A DNA stretch of 64,000 bases from Chrysomallon squamiferum (GCA_012295275.1 CM022673.1:4836001-4900000), one strand, 5' to 3'; shown: positions 1 to 12,867, counted from the stretch's first letter. A program made the numbers and translations. Notes: a model not told the origin generated them from the letters alone.

Positions 1-1450
1 TCAAAGATTTTTTTTTTTTTTAAATCATAATTCAGATAATAATTATTTCCATTTTAAGAACAGTATAACAGATGACTTGAAATCTGATTTCTTAAGGCTG
101 TATAACTTTATCAGTCTGATACGTGACATGAGCCAATTACCTCAGAAGTGGGCGAAAATGTGATAACTAGATAATCCACAGCAGCGGGAACTCTGATAAC
201 CCCTAATAAAGGTTGTTATTTAAGCAAATTGGATCAAATGAAGTTATTTTTGATGGAGCTATCATGTCACATGTTGAAAATCTCAACTGGAAAAGTAGCT
301 CTGTGACAGAGTACTTCCTACTAATTAACTAAATACAGAATTGACACATTTTATTTATTTATTTTTTTAATTTATTTGTATTATTTTATCCTTCTTTTGT
401 TTGAATTCAGGTATGTGTGAATACATATATGTTTTTCTGTGTGTATTAACGTGTGCACAGAATTGACAGTTTTCATTTGTATTTTATTTCTTTTCTTAAA
501 TTTGTATGTGTGTATGTGTATGTGTTGTTTCTTACTCCATATGAGAATGAACATTATTTTAGTTTCAAATGAAAGTGGTTTTATGGAAAACTACAGTAAA
601 ACTACATTTAACATATAATGAATTTATATAAGAGAAATGAATACATATAAGCAAACTACTCTCTCATATGCTCCATTAATGCTTTGACTGCAAAAATTTG
701 CTTTCGCTATCAGCAGATTTCTCAGTTTTATCATTTTAAAAACATCAGCATACAAAATAGGTCATTGTGTCAGTGTGTATGTCATCAGCTAATTCAGATT
801 TCTGAATTTGTCAGTCGTTAGTTGTTTTCTCTTTGCCAACATGTTGGCATCACACAGTTGCCAGTAACAGTTACCAGGTTTCAAAATGTCAGGTACTGTC
901 TCTCTGCCTTCCTATCTTAAATTGCATAGATGAGTCTTCCTGTTTACACAGTGGATTTGATGAAAACTCTTCTATTAGATTACAATGAAAGTTTAATACG
1001 TTGTCATTTTTTAGGTTGCTCTACCATTATGATGAATTCAGCTAGTCAACACAAAATGTGTGCCATACATATTTACGCAGACACACTGCTTTTGAGACTG
1101 AATCTAAATGAGTGAATTCACTAGATATCAATACACTGACAATAATCTTCTTCATCTAGTTGCATACAGTAATTACAAGAAGCATGGCATCACTGTTTAT
1201 TAAGCTTCAAAGAAGCATGATAATTTCATCTCACGCAGTAGACTAATTATGTGCAAATTGCCGTCACAGATTAAGAAGTGACCGTACTTGCGAAACTGTG
1301 TGTTAATGTTGACAACTTGTTATTTTGTTTTTGGAATTTACATCCAGAATCTGAAGTAGGCAGCATCTGGATTAAACAAGGTTTTGTTTGTAACAGATTA
1401 ATGATAGCTGGACAGGACTTTGAAATGGTGCAGAAATCACTGTATGTGTA

Positions 1451-1477
<27 letters not shown>
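1451..1477. repeat. (CA)n microsatellite
   Basis: Directly visible. Confidence 0.95.
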
Positions 1478-1481
<4 letters not shown>

Positions 1482-1844
1482 CAAAAATAATTGATTACTT
1501 TTGATATTACTAACCCTGATCTAGACATTAACATTGTAATTAATATCAAATGAACTAATATCTTCACTGTTTTTTTCAATTATATTTTTTTGCTTAATAA
1601 CCCATTTATAAAACCTAATTTTGCATCAGTGGATAAAAGTTCTAAACTCTATTTAAAATATGTGATATATATCAATAGGAAAAAAAATCTGCTTCAATTT
1701 GTTTCCAGTGGCAGCAAAAATATTTTACATGCACCTTTCCACAAACAGAAGAGCACATACTCTAACTTAAGATCAACCATTCTCAAAACAATGGTTAGAA
1801 TGGGAAATTTCAGAAAAATTACCGACTATGTGTTAAGCAGGAGC

Positions 1845-1912
1845 TCTGTCATGGAGCTGACGACGGGATTTGATCCTGGACTAATCAAGCACCAGGAAAG
1901 TGATTTACTTTC
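1845..1912 (-). mobile_element. SINE head fragment
   Basis: Minus strand cctggtgcttgattagtccaggatcaaatcccgtcgtcagctccat contains a B-box-like GGATCAAATCC in a context like that of the SINE family above. Confidence 0.4.
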
Positions 1913-2539
1913 GGGTTACATCTTTTCTCTGAATCAGTCAAAGGTTTCTGTCATTGTTATTAGCTGAGCCTGCCAATTATACTGTGACAAAGCCAAGAGT
2001 CCATCAGTGAGACATCTGCCTGGTTTTCTGTGAACTGGACACTGATAGTCATCGATCTTATGAAGTTTGATGGAGTTTTAATAACAAGCACATCATCACA
2101 AACTGTAAATGTCACATTAATTTTGTGTAACGGAAGCAAGTGTGAGGTAAGATTTGTGAGAGGTGAAAGTCAATCAACTGTGTGAAAGCAGAGAAGCACA
2201 TAATCAATACAGAATGATACAACAGAATCTGCTAATTTGATTTTTGTGTTAAACACACACACAGATCTACATCTTTGTACCATATAAGTTAAGATTTTAA
2301 AACAAAATATTCCTATCAGAAATACAAGTATTTTCAAATTATAAATAAATGATTTGTGCTGCATGAATATATGGATTCATCTATGTTTGATCTTGCGACA
2401 CTTCGCATCTCAGACAATTTTCTACCACTGAAACATCTTACACTTCCTCTTAAGAAAAATACAATATTGGTACATCAGCACTTAAAAGTCCAAAAAATAA
2501 AATTAATATTAAAATTCACTGTCAAAAATTGATACTTAC

Positions 2540-2582
2540 TTTCTTTAGGGTAAAACCAACTCTACAGTTATGTATGGCATAT
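2540..2582 (-). CDS. MLH1: MLH1 coding exon 6 (YAIHNCRVGFTLKK)
   Basis: tttcag| ... |gtaagt; 43 nt; phase 2 in, phase 0 out; fits MLH1 RY.IHN...F.LKK. Confidence 0.93.
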
Positions 2583-3249
2583 CTGAAATAATGAAAATTA
2601 AATAAAAACAATTAATAATAAAATTAAAAAACCCTTAAAAACACACATTAATAGTAAACAAATAATTAACAAATCATTTGTAATATTATTATTAGTATAT
2701 AATATAAATAAATTAATCATTACAGAAATATAAACAATAAACAAAAAGAAAGAAAAACTAAAATTAAAATATTTTGAACCAAAATGACAAAATCATTTCA
2801 AAATGGCCTTCAACCATAATTGTTTTGGATTAACTTTTCTCTTCTTTTTTTTATGAATTTTTTTTTTTTTTTTTTTTTAAACCTTTCTCTTTTACCCACA
2901 CATCATTGTTAGCAGACACTATATTTGGCCACTCATGGATCTTTGAGAAATACCCTGTAGCTATCTGACAACTGGCAAATCACTGTTTCTGCTTAATGAA
3001 AGCAGCAATAGTGCTTTCTGGTAGTGTTAGTGTAGCAAACAGATGTTCCTCAAATTAAAAGAACCTAAACAATATCCATTTATGTGTCAGCTTGTGGGTT
3101 AAATCTCTAATTGTGTGACACTTTTGAATCTATTAAAAATGTCAGATCTGACGTTAATCAAAAGCATTGCTTGAAATAAGACTGTAAGTGGCTTTTCATC
3201 CTTAGGTGATTCAGTTATTCAACTTATTGTGTAAATTTCAACATGAATG

Positions 3250-3301
3250 TAATAATAACAATAATAACAATAATAATAATAATAATAATAATAACAACAA
3301 T
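3250..3301. repeat. (AAT/AAC)n microsatellite
   Basis: Directly visible. Confidence 0.95.
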
Positions 3302-5814
3302 GCATTGAAAATATTTTCATTATGCAGGAAATTAATTATAAGGCTCAGTTACTTTACATGCATACACACAAGACATATTCACCGTAAATTCTTTTATTGT
3401 AAGCCCTCTCCAAACATTGGTAGCCTATAATACAGTTTTTAAATAAGACTTAAACATTTTTTAAATTAAAATCATTTATTTATACAAAATATATTTCTAT
3501 CATGAGCATTAAAATGAAAAACGCAGACAAAAAACCTAAGCACCATAAAAAAAAAAAAAAAATAGCCATAGTGTGTTCACAGCATATAAAAGATGATGGT
3601 ATGTACTACCATGCTACTTAATGTTAACTGATAAAAGCTGCTGAAGAAATGATGATAGCAAGTTTTCTCTTTTGTGTGTAAGTTAAACAAAAACAATATG
3701 GATTACGCAACTGGAATCTGCAATATTAAAAAGATTCAAAATTGTGTAAAAACAAATATTCATTAAATATTTCATTCTTTCAAACCATATCTATGTCACT
3801 AAAAGAACTCATTATGCTGAAAAAAAAAAAAAAAAAAAATAATAATAAAAAAAAATAATAAATAAATAAGTAAAATAATAATAATAATAATAATAACAAT
3901 AATAAATAAATAAGTAAAATAATAATAATAATAATAATGATGATGATGATGATAATGATAATAAAATAATAAAAATTAAATAAAACAAATAAATTAATTA
4001 ATAATAAAAATAAATTAAAAACAATGTCACTTAATTCATTCCACTTTGGCTCCAACCACAAAAAAAGTAAATTTATTTATTTTATCTCAAAACAAAAACA
4101 ATATTATTGCATGTGTTTTTCTCTGTTTGAGGAAATACATACAAAACAAGAAAACATCATTTCATCTATTTCTTCAAGCACATTCATCTTAATAAGAGAC
4201 CTTTTGTTTTTATCTAAATTTGTAATGATCGTGACCAACAAAGACAAAAAAAAAAAAAAAATAAAAGATTAAAAAAAAAAAATCAGCCATAAAACAAAAG
4301 GCCTTATTTTTGTCTGCTGAATGTTTTATGAGGTTGTTCGGGAATGGAAGAAAAGCTGCAAAAAAGACATTTTGTTACCAAAGTGCTGATGTTTGAAGAT
4401 CCTGAAAAACATTGTTTTCAGGTAAATTAAATCATTAAAGTACAATGTGATAACAAATAGCATTACCGACAGATTGAAATGGCTGTGTAAACATATTAGC
4501 CACTTTTAAGGTTAAAAAGATGGCAAGCCAAAAGATAAAAGGTTTGTTGCTCTATTTTCCAATATTTAGAAGTTCAAAAACAATGAAATGCATTTATAAA
4601 TAATATTTAAAAAAATAGGTGGAAGGAAAAAACGAAGAAAAAAAAACCCAAAAAACTTAGATAACATCAGTGAATTTAAAAGAAATGTACAACCCAGACA
4701 GTAAACCAACATACAAGAAAAAAAAAAGAATGAAAAAAAAAAAAAAAGCTTTGAAACTCGACATAAGCCGAGATGCAAGTACTTTTATCTTGATTGCAAA
4801 GGAAATGGCGCTTCTTTCCGAAATGTGTTTGATTATATTCAGCCAAATGCTAAATAAACATGTTCTGTCACTATTCCAGTAAAATGTGATTTCATTTAAC
4901 AGCGTTGTTTTGTGTACAGAGTTGTTGCAAATTCTGCTGAATGATCTGTAATGGCGAATTAATGAATAAAGGCTGATTGCTGTACAGACTATAAAAGGTG
5001 CTGGAAACGACTGCCTGATACGTAACACTGTTAAATAAAAAGTGGCTCAGTTTTCAGGAAACTGGTAAATTCACCAAGATTAACAAGTGGTAAAAGATGT
5101 GTGTAAAAGTTTAACACATCATAAAAAAAAAAAAAAGAAAAGTACATACACAAAAAAAAAGATGAAAAAAAATTCTTCCATTTTATGTAACCAGTCTGAA
5201 TAACCAGACTATTATTCTTTTCCCTGATTTTATATATACAAAAAAAAAAAAAAAAAATAATTACAATTAAACAATGCAGTGTACTCAAAGTTAAAAATAA
5301 ATATTACTGGAAAGTAATTGTTAACATGATGGTAATCAATTTAAGGAACAATAAATATATAAATACACAAATATTTCACAATATTTTGGCAAAATAGAAA
5401 TTATTTGCATGAACAACTTTTCAGCGTAAATATAATAACAGTAACAATAACAACAGTAATAAATAAATAAATAAACATTCACACAATTACAAATTACATA
5501 AAAATGTTGGGGTTTGTTATTATTTACTTTTTTGAATATTAAATCAACCTTTTAAGAAAATGTTTTTTTGGTCTAAAAATTCAGCTGTTGACTGACAGTT
5601 AAACTGACATGGACTTTTGCATTTATAAGCAAATCTTAATCACATCATTTGATTGTCTGAAAGAACCAGAACTGCGAAATATCACTATTATATATTTATC
5701 ATGTTATTAGTTATTAGGAATCAGTTTTGTTATTATGTCTCAAGTTCACAGTTTTTGTTTTGTAATACCAAGAGTTAATGGAAATCTTCCTCTCTTTGTG
5801 TTAACACACAATCA

Positions 5815-5982
5815 CACAGCAGCATTTATATCCCGTATTCCTGGGACAGGAAACTGTATATAATGACTCTTGGTGCACCAGTCATGGAGCACTGGGCAGA
5901 ACAGGAAATAATCTGAATTGGCACACAGAGTTAACTGATCCTGTGATTAGAGGATGTAAGTCAGTGGCTCTACCTCTGACAG
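5815..5982 (-). mobile_element. Degraded tRNA-derived SINE (Meta-core-like)
   Basis: On the minus strand: A-box-like gtcagaggtagagc, degenerate B box caggatcag, then gattatttcctgttctgcccagtgctccatgactggtg...cctgtc...atataaaa. This resembles the molluscan SINE core as I remember it; not database-verified. Confidence 0.6.
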
Positions 5983-6004
5983 AAAAACACATTTCAGTGA
6001 ACTG

Positions 6005-6290
6005 ATAGTAGAGGTGGTGATGGAAGTGGTAATAATAGCAGCAATAATAATAGTACCAGCAGTAGTAGTAGAGCAGTAGCAGTAGTAGTAATCAATATAA
6101 TAGAGTAGTAGTAGTAGTAGTAATAAAAATAATGGTAGTAGTGGTAGTAATAATAACAATGGTAGAAATATTATTAGTAAATGTAGTGGGAGTAATAATA
6201 GTGGTAGAACAGTAATAACCAGCAGTAGCAAAGTAATAGTAATAGAAGCAGTAGCAGGAGCAGAAGTAGTTGTAGTAGTAGTAGTAGTAT
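6005..6290. repeat. Degenerate (AGT/AAT/AGC)n trinucleotide tract
   Basis: Directly visible; abuts the MLH1 exon 5 donor. Confidence 0.9.
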
Positions 6291-6294
6291 TTAC

Positions 6295-6386
6295 CGGCTG
6301 ACAACTTCAGCTATCTTGGCATGTTCTTCTGCTGCACTTCTCAAAGCTTTTCGTCTCGTGGCTATGTTATAGAACAAATCTTCAAC
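6295..6386 (-). CDS. MLH1: MLH1 coding exon 5 ([31 protein letters not shown])
   Basis: tttttgtag| ... |gtaaat; 92 nt; VEDLFYN..RRKAL motif. Confidence 0.96.
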
Positions 6387-8257
6387 CTACAAAAAGATAA
6401 CACAACTGCCTATTTTATTATTAAAACTTGCAAGTCCTGATGAGGAAAAAATATGCATTCACAAATACATTACAAAAAGATTAGGTAGTTGTTGTAAATA
6501 TAACATCATGTACGACAGACAAAAATATCGAACATACATTAGAAAATTACCTGCGGAAAATGTATGCAATATTTTACTTTATTTTTAAAGATAAAAATGA
6601 ACTTAAAAAAAAAAACCTTCACATTAAAATAAATTAGGTAATTCTGTTGCTATCACTTGATGCCAGATCTTTAAACTGTCTCTCCATGTAAATAATCCTT
6701 TTATACCAAGCAAGTATTATTATCTATTTGTTTTTATTTACTTATTTATTTACTAATTAATTTATGTATTTATTTAAAATTGTAGTTTTTCATTTTATTA
6801 TTGACATTACTTGAGGAAACTGGCATCATGGTTACTATTACTTTAGTTATTGTTACTATTGTACTTTTTATTAATTAATATTCATTTTTAATTATCATGA
6901 TTATTGTTAATACAGATCCAGTATTTCATTCTGCATACTGGTGGTGTTTCTAAGGATAACCATGAAGGTATTTAAAGTAAATCTGTGTACCATGACATTT
7001 ATGGTCACTTATGTCTGAAATGTCTGCTGTTCATTCCACAGCTAATAAATAGTTACAAATGCTTTATATGCAACTAATAAATGGCTTTCCAGATATTGAT
7101 ATCAGTAACATGCTATTAATAGGGAAACATATTCAAGTTGAAAAGGTCATTCTGAGCTAATAACTTTATTTCATTGTGATTCACCTTATAATTATTTTAG
7201 ATATAATTGACTGATATACTATTATTACCTTAATTACAACAATTAAATTCATAAATCTGTCTATTAATGTATATAGAAAATAAATAAAATTGATAATAAT
7301 ATTAAGGTCTCAATCCACGTTTTTCTCTTCTTTTTTTTTTAAATTTTGTCATACAAAAATAACACTAATTTCAAATTAATTATATATGTTTATATTATAT
7401 AGTATTTATAGATTATTAATTGAGTATAATTAACATTTCAAAAACAACAATTAATTTTGAAAATTCAACACTATATCATGCGATTTGTTTTTTAATTCAA
7501 CTTTTCACTGACCAACATTTTATTCATTTATTTATTGTAGTATTTTATTCTTATTCTTATTATTACTAGTAGCACTAGGAATAAATATAAATATCAAATC
7601 TAATGAAAAATATAAATTTATTTTTAACATTTTAGTGATCCATTTTGAAAACAAAATAACTGTAACTAATTTGTAAAAACTATAAAATAAATAAACTAAA
7701 CATCTCTTACATGACAAAACACCAAAATGAAAATTAAAAAAAAAAAGAAAAAAATTAAAAATTAAAATGGGATAAATAAACAAAAATTCCAGGATAAAGT
7801 ATATTTTAAAAAACCCATAAAAAAACCAAACACACTGATTGCCATTATATCCATGAAAAGGAAAACAATATCTTGTGTTTTATAGATCACATTTAACATT
7901 TTTTCCTAATTAGTTTATTACTAATTTCAGTTCTAGTGTAAAATTCTGTAGTGCCTTTGGCACCTTTGGTGATCATTTAGATATAATAATGTAATTTTTG
8001 TTTTCTCTATTTATAAATGTCTTAATAAAAATTGTATGTTTAGGTCAGAAACAAATGCCTTAAAAACATTAACTTTATTGCAACATTATTATATTGTTTT
8101 TAGTGACCAGCATTTGCTAATAAAGCTTAAAAATAAATTAATACAGTCATCAAGATATATATTTATCTTTTATTCTGATATCATTTAATACAAAATTTAA
8201 ATAAACAGCCAGTAACTGAAAAATGACTACAGCCTCAAATTCCTTCTCAAAATGAGG

Positions 8258-8880
8258 TCATGAAAAAAAAAGAGAAAACATTTTTTTAGTTTTCTTGCAT
8301 GATCAGATTGTCATGCTTTTCAACAGATTGTTCACTAAAATGCTGATATGAAAAAAGAGAAAATGCCTGTCTTTTTAAATCCTCACAAACTTTTTATTTT
8401 ATTCTTAGCAAAGGTTACTCACTGAAATTGTGATATAATAAAAAAAAAAGAGAAAATCTCACTCTTTTTAAATATTCATAAACTTGTTATTTTATTGTAG
8501 GCAAAAATTTCTCATCAAAATACTGATACCATGAAAAAAGAGAAAATGTCAGTCTTTTTAAATCATTACAAACTTCTTATTTTATTGTTAGGAAAGATTA
8601 CTCAACAAAATTTTGATGAAAATGAGAAAATGTCAGTCTCTTTAGATCTTCAAACTTATTATTTTATTATTAGGAAAGATTAGTCATTAAAATGTTATCA
8701 TCAAAAAGGGGAAAATGTCAGTCTTTTTAAACATGAACAAACTTGTTATTTTGTTGTTAGGAAAGATTACTCATCAAAAAATACTAATGTCATGAAAAAG
8801 AGAAAACATCAGTTTTCTTAAATCATTGCAAACTTCTTATTTTATTGTAAGGGAAGATTTCTCATCAAAATATTGATGTG
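8258..8880. repeat. Degenerate minisatellite, ~88-bp unit, about 7 copies, in an MLH1 intron
   Basis: The unit aaaaagagaaaatgtcagtctttttaaatc..caaactt.ttattttattgttaggaaagattactcatcaaaa recurs at ~8357, 8450, 8540, 8625, 8710 and 8800. Confidence 0.9.
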
Positions 8881-9005
8881 ACACTTGGTATTTCATTGCC
8901 ATATTTTATTGTTAGTAATGACAATCAATCGATGAATTATTTGGATAAAATTATTATTATCATTCAACCACTGACACAACGTAATCACTGTTTTTAAACA
9001 CTCAC

Positions 9006-9078
9006 AGAAATTTGTGTGCCAACATTACCAGCACAGGGTTTAACTGCTTCCTTCAGTCTGCTATCAAGATAACAACCT
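9006..9078 (-). CDS. MLH1: MLH1 coding exon 4 (GCYLDSRLKEAVKPCAGNVGTQIS)
   Basis: ttttgcag| ... |gtgagt; 73 nt; PCAGNxGTQI motif. Confidence 0.95.
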
Positions 9079-10634
9079 CTGCAAAATAAAACACAGTTTC
9101 TTATTAGCAAGGAAGCCACTGGCAGGATTTAAATGAAGGGATTTTGATTATCTTTAAATTAATTTCCTTTTGTTCTTCTTCATCTTTTTTTTTTCTTCTC
9201 TTTTTTATATTTGAAAGGGAGGGTTTTTATTCTTGTTTGTTTTTTGTTTTCTCTTTGATGTTGTTATTTTTAATGCATTATTTGTTATATGTATTTATGT
9301 TTTATATTTGTTCAAAAAAAAATTAAAAAACATTTTAAAAAAGTACTCAATTTCATTAATCACAACAAAAAAAAAAAAAGGATACAGCAGTTTACTCATA
9401 AGAAATAAACTGAATGAACGAATATATATTTTATTATTATGATTATTAGTACTATTATTATTTTTATTTTTACAGCATTTGAAAAAAACAAAACAACAAA
9501 AAAAAAAAAAAACAACAATAAACAGTACATGTACAAAACAAATTTCTCATTATTAATCCAATAAAAATAAAAGAAACATTTGCTAACAACAAGCAAACAC
9601 ATTGAAGATTAAGGCCAAAGCTACCAATATGTGACCTGTAACCACAATACTCCCTTCAGGACATGACCTTTTCTGAGACTTGTACAAAATTATTTATATT
9701 TATTATCTGTCATTTACACATGACAAACACCCACATCCCTGATGCTGTAACTATAATACATAATCTGCCATTACACCAACACAAAACAGTCTGAAAGATG
9801 ACACATTTTTTAAAACCTTAAAGCCTGAATATTATAATACATGCTATTTACTGTTCCGTTTCACTGTAGTTTTACACCAAAACAGAACAGTTTTAAAGGT
9901 GATTAAAAAAAAAAAAAAAATTAAAACTCTATGGTTAAGTAAAAAGTCTGAATAACATAAACCGTGTTATTTTCTGTTCAGTTTATCCTGACATTATGAA
10001 GAATTTTTTTTGAAAAAAAGTATAATAAGATTTTACAGTGCCATCTGTGGCAAGGCATATTTATTTTAGTTAAAACAGTAGGAACAGTTTTTAAATAATC
10101 AGCTTAATAAATGTGTAGAAGATAAAAAAAAATGTCTCAAAGATAAAAGTAAATTTGTTATTCCTTGTAAATTTGTTATTACATGTACTTATTGTCTTAA
10201 AGTATATTTTTTTAATAATGTATATCATGTTAAATGCAACAAAATTTATTTTTAGTTAAAAATATGAAACAACATTTCTTTTTTGTTTAATAATAAAGAT
10301 AAAGTAATAATTAAAATAGCAGAAAACTAATAGTAATTAAATATGGAAATAAATGCTTCTTTGTATCAGTTATAATATAATATAATAATAATTTTTATTT
10401 TCTTATAATTGTATCTTTTTCTTTTCTTTTTTTAAAATATTTAAATACAATTAATTATACTAAACTTTGATAACAATAGCTCAGTCTTTCATGACTTATG
10501 CATCAGTTATTTCTGTTTTATTACAAATGTGCTTATACAAATTAATGAAGAATATGGAAACACTTGACCATTTTTAATTCTGACTGCATGTATATGTGGA
10601 ATGCCTTGACATCACAGAAAATATATATTGTTAC

Positions 10635-10807
10635 CTGTAGGCACACTTTGAGTCAGAGGTTCTGGTTGTTATGGTGACATGGGCAACATGGCTGATACTA
10701 GCCAAAGCTTCTCCCCGAAATCCATATGTTGCAATAGACTGAAGATCTTCAAACTTCTGAAGTTTGCTGGTAGTAAATCTCTCACACACAATCTCCATAT
10801 CTTCTTT
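10635..10807 (-). CDS. MLH1: MLH1 coding exon 3 ([16 protein letters not shown]...[30 protein letters not shown])
   Basis: AAG acceptor and gtaaca donor; 173 nt; GFRGEAL MutL signature; lies within ORF 10631..10849. Confidence 0.97.
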
Positions 10808-11192
10808 CTTAAATTCAATAAGAAAACTTTTAGTAATATAGTAAAACACATAGAAAACAGAAAAACATGCCTTTTATTATATTAACTATTTTTCTAAACA
10901 ATCTTTAACATTAATAATTAACTTTTTAATTAATATATTAACATTTCAAATTTTCTGAAAAGATAGTTCTCTTCTTTTTAAAAAAAAAATACCATTTCAC
11001 ATTTTTTTTTTTTAAATTTTAATGAAAATATTTAGCTGTAAATAAAGGAAAATTCAGAAAAATTAAAATACAAAATTATATTTCGAAATCTGATATTATA
11101 AATTAGAAACAGTATTCAGTGTCTAGATTCACATACAAATATATTTATTTAAATGTATATACATTTGGTTCAAGACTTTAAATATATCTCAC

Positions 11193-11283
11193 CTTGATTC
11201 CAGTTCCATTATCTTGAATTTGTAATAGTTTAAGACCACCTTGCTTCACTGTCACTTGGATATTGGTAGCCTGAGCATCCAAA
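11193..11283 (-). CDS. MLH1: MLH1 coding exon 2 ([30 protein letters not shown])
   Basis: tttcag| ... |gtgaga; 91 nt; DNGxGI ATP-binding motif. Confidence 0.96.
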
Positions 11284-11482
11284 CTGAAAGAAATATTTAT
11301 TTTATAAAATTAAATAATAAAAATTTGAACAGGATATGATTAACAGCTTATAAAAAATAATTGAAAAAGAGAAAAGAGAAATGTGAAAAAACAACAACAA
11401 CATAATTATAACAAGAGTTTCTGGGTTATTTTTAATCTAAATAATCTTTATAAATCACCCAGTATGAATATAATAATAATAC

Positions 11483-11607
11483 CTGTTTTCTATAAGCTCT
11501 TTTAGGGCATTTGCAGGTCTCTGAATTACCTCCCCTGCTGCTATTCTGTTCACGACGACTTCATCAAGTTTCTTGATAGTTGCAGGTTGAGGCTTTGATG
11601 CAGCCAT
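11483..11607 (-). CDS. MLH1: MLH1 coding exon 1 ([41 protein letters not shown])
   Basis: ATG at 11607; donor AG|gtatta; 125 nt, ends phase 2. An acceptor tttcag ending at 11618 implies an upstream non-coding exon. Confidence 0.95.
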
Positions 11608-12815
11608 AGCACAGAACCTGAAATAATTATACTGAATGAAGTCAAAACATTTTCTTCAGGTTAATTTTTAGTGACATAAAAATCATAATAGGAGTTAGTT
11701 CATAATCATGGAGCGCATGTTTCTTGTTATTATGTAAAACAGTACCTTACCTTTATATTCTAGCACATAAAATAAGTATAAAAATCAGAAATGCTGAATT
11801 TATGGCATTACGATTAATACGACTGAAAATTAAATAACAGATCTGTCAAGTCGAAATTAGAAAGCGAGTTACCTCCACTTTTGTGAAGATAAGGAAAAAC
11901 TATTCCATGCAATAATTATTTTCATAAAATTATTTTCAGATAGCATTATTTTTCAATAAATTGCATAGTAAGAAACATAATTTAACAGTTCAATAATTTT
12001 AATTAGCCTTAAGTAATGTTAATATATCAATATGTCATTAATCACTGAATTAATGATTTTAATTAAGTTACGTCCATTTGTTTTTTTAAATAGCTAAATC
12101 GTGAGTTACCTGTATGATCCAGAACAACAACAATCTGTCTTTTTGTAACAACATTAAATCAAATAAAACCAACGATTTCTTAATTTTAATAATTATTTTT
12201 TATTTTATGGGTCAAAAATAACTTCCATGTTTCCCGCAATGTCGATGAAATGTATCTTTAATAGTGAAGATTTCAGAATACTCTCCCTTAGTGCCATTAA
12301 CCTAATGCTGTCCCTATCGGTTTGTTTGCAATACATTATTGTACAAAACAACTTTAATTAAAACACTGTATAAAAATAATAAAAAATAAAAAAATAAAAA
12401 AATAAAAAAAAAAAAAAATAAAAAGAATAAAGGATAAAAATGATAAATTTTAAAATTCGCAAAGAATTATATTTACGGCTTTCGTTAACTGTAAACAGTG
12501 TAATTATTGTAACAGATTTTAGTATAACGTCTACAGTAACTGAGTAATTAAAATATTTTTAATACAAATTGTGCTGTATTACGCAATGATATAATTTTAG
12601 GATATGCACAATTAAAGAAGTTTTACAGTTTGTCTACTATTTATACAACAACTACTGCTGCACTATATATAAATTTTAGTGCTCTATGACCCTGACCATC
12701 ACAAAACATTTGTATTTTTATTACTTTATCAAAAGGAAAGTTAATGTTAGTACGTCGACAACTTATGTATATAAGATAGCCTAAATAGATAATAAGATAT
12801 ATATATAAGTATGCG

Positions 12816-12818
<3 letters not shown>

Positions 12819-12865
<47 letters not shown>
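12819..12865. repeat. (TA)n microsatellite in the shared promoter
   Basis: Directly visible; flanked by the direct repeat ataag[t/c]atgcgctcata. Confidence 0.95.

Positions 12866-12867
<2 letters not shown>

Larger units (their letters stand above)
2540..11607 (-). other. MLH1: MLH1 gene span (5' part, 6 coding exons; continues beyond the left edge)
   Basis: Spliced translation [48 protein letters not shown]...[25 protein letters not shown]...[22 protein letters not shown]...[26 protein letters not shown]...VVSRYAIHNCRVGFTLKK carries the MutL/MLH1 GHKL motifs. All introns are GT-AG and phase-consistent. Confidence 0.97.

Noticed and set aside
1590-1967. 125-aa plus-strand ORF
   Set aside because: TTG start, no recognisable motif, and it overlaps a SINE fragment.
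2951-2970. miR-10/993-like TACCCTGTAG
   Set aside because: The match stops after 10 nt; no hairpin, and not a Hox context.
2891-3102. piggyBac-like ends tttacccaca / tgtgggttaa
   Set aside because: The TIR is too short and imperfect to call without a copy-number search.
3206-6304. ORFs with poly-N, poly-I, poly-L, poly-T or poly-Y runs
   Set aside because: These are translations of microsatellite and low-complexity tracts with no coding signal.
8258-8880. CRISPR-like appearance of the repeat array
   Set aside because: Whole units are homologous with no unique spacers, the context is a eukaryotic intron, and there are no cas genes.
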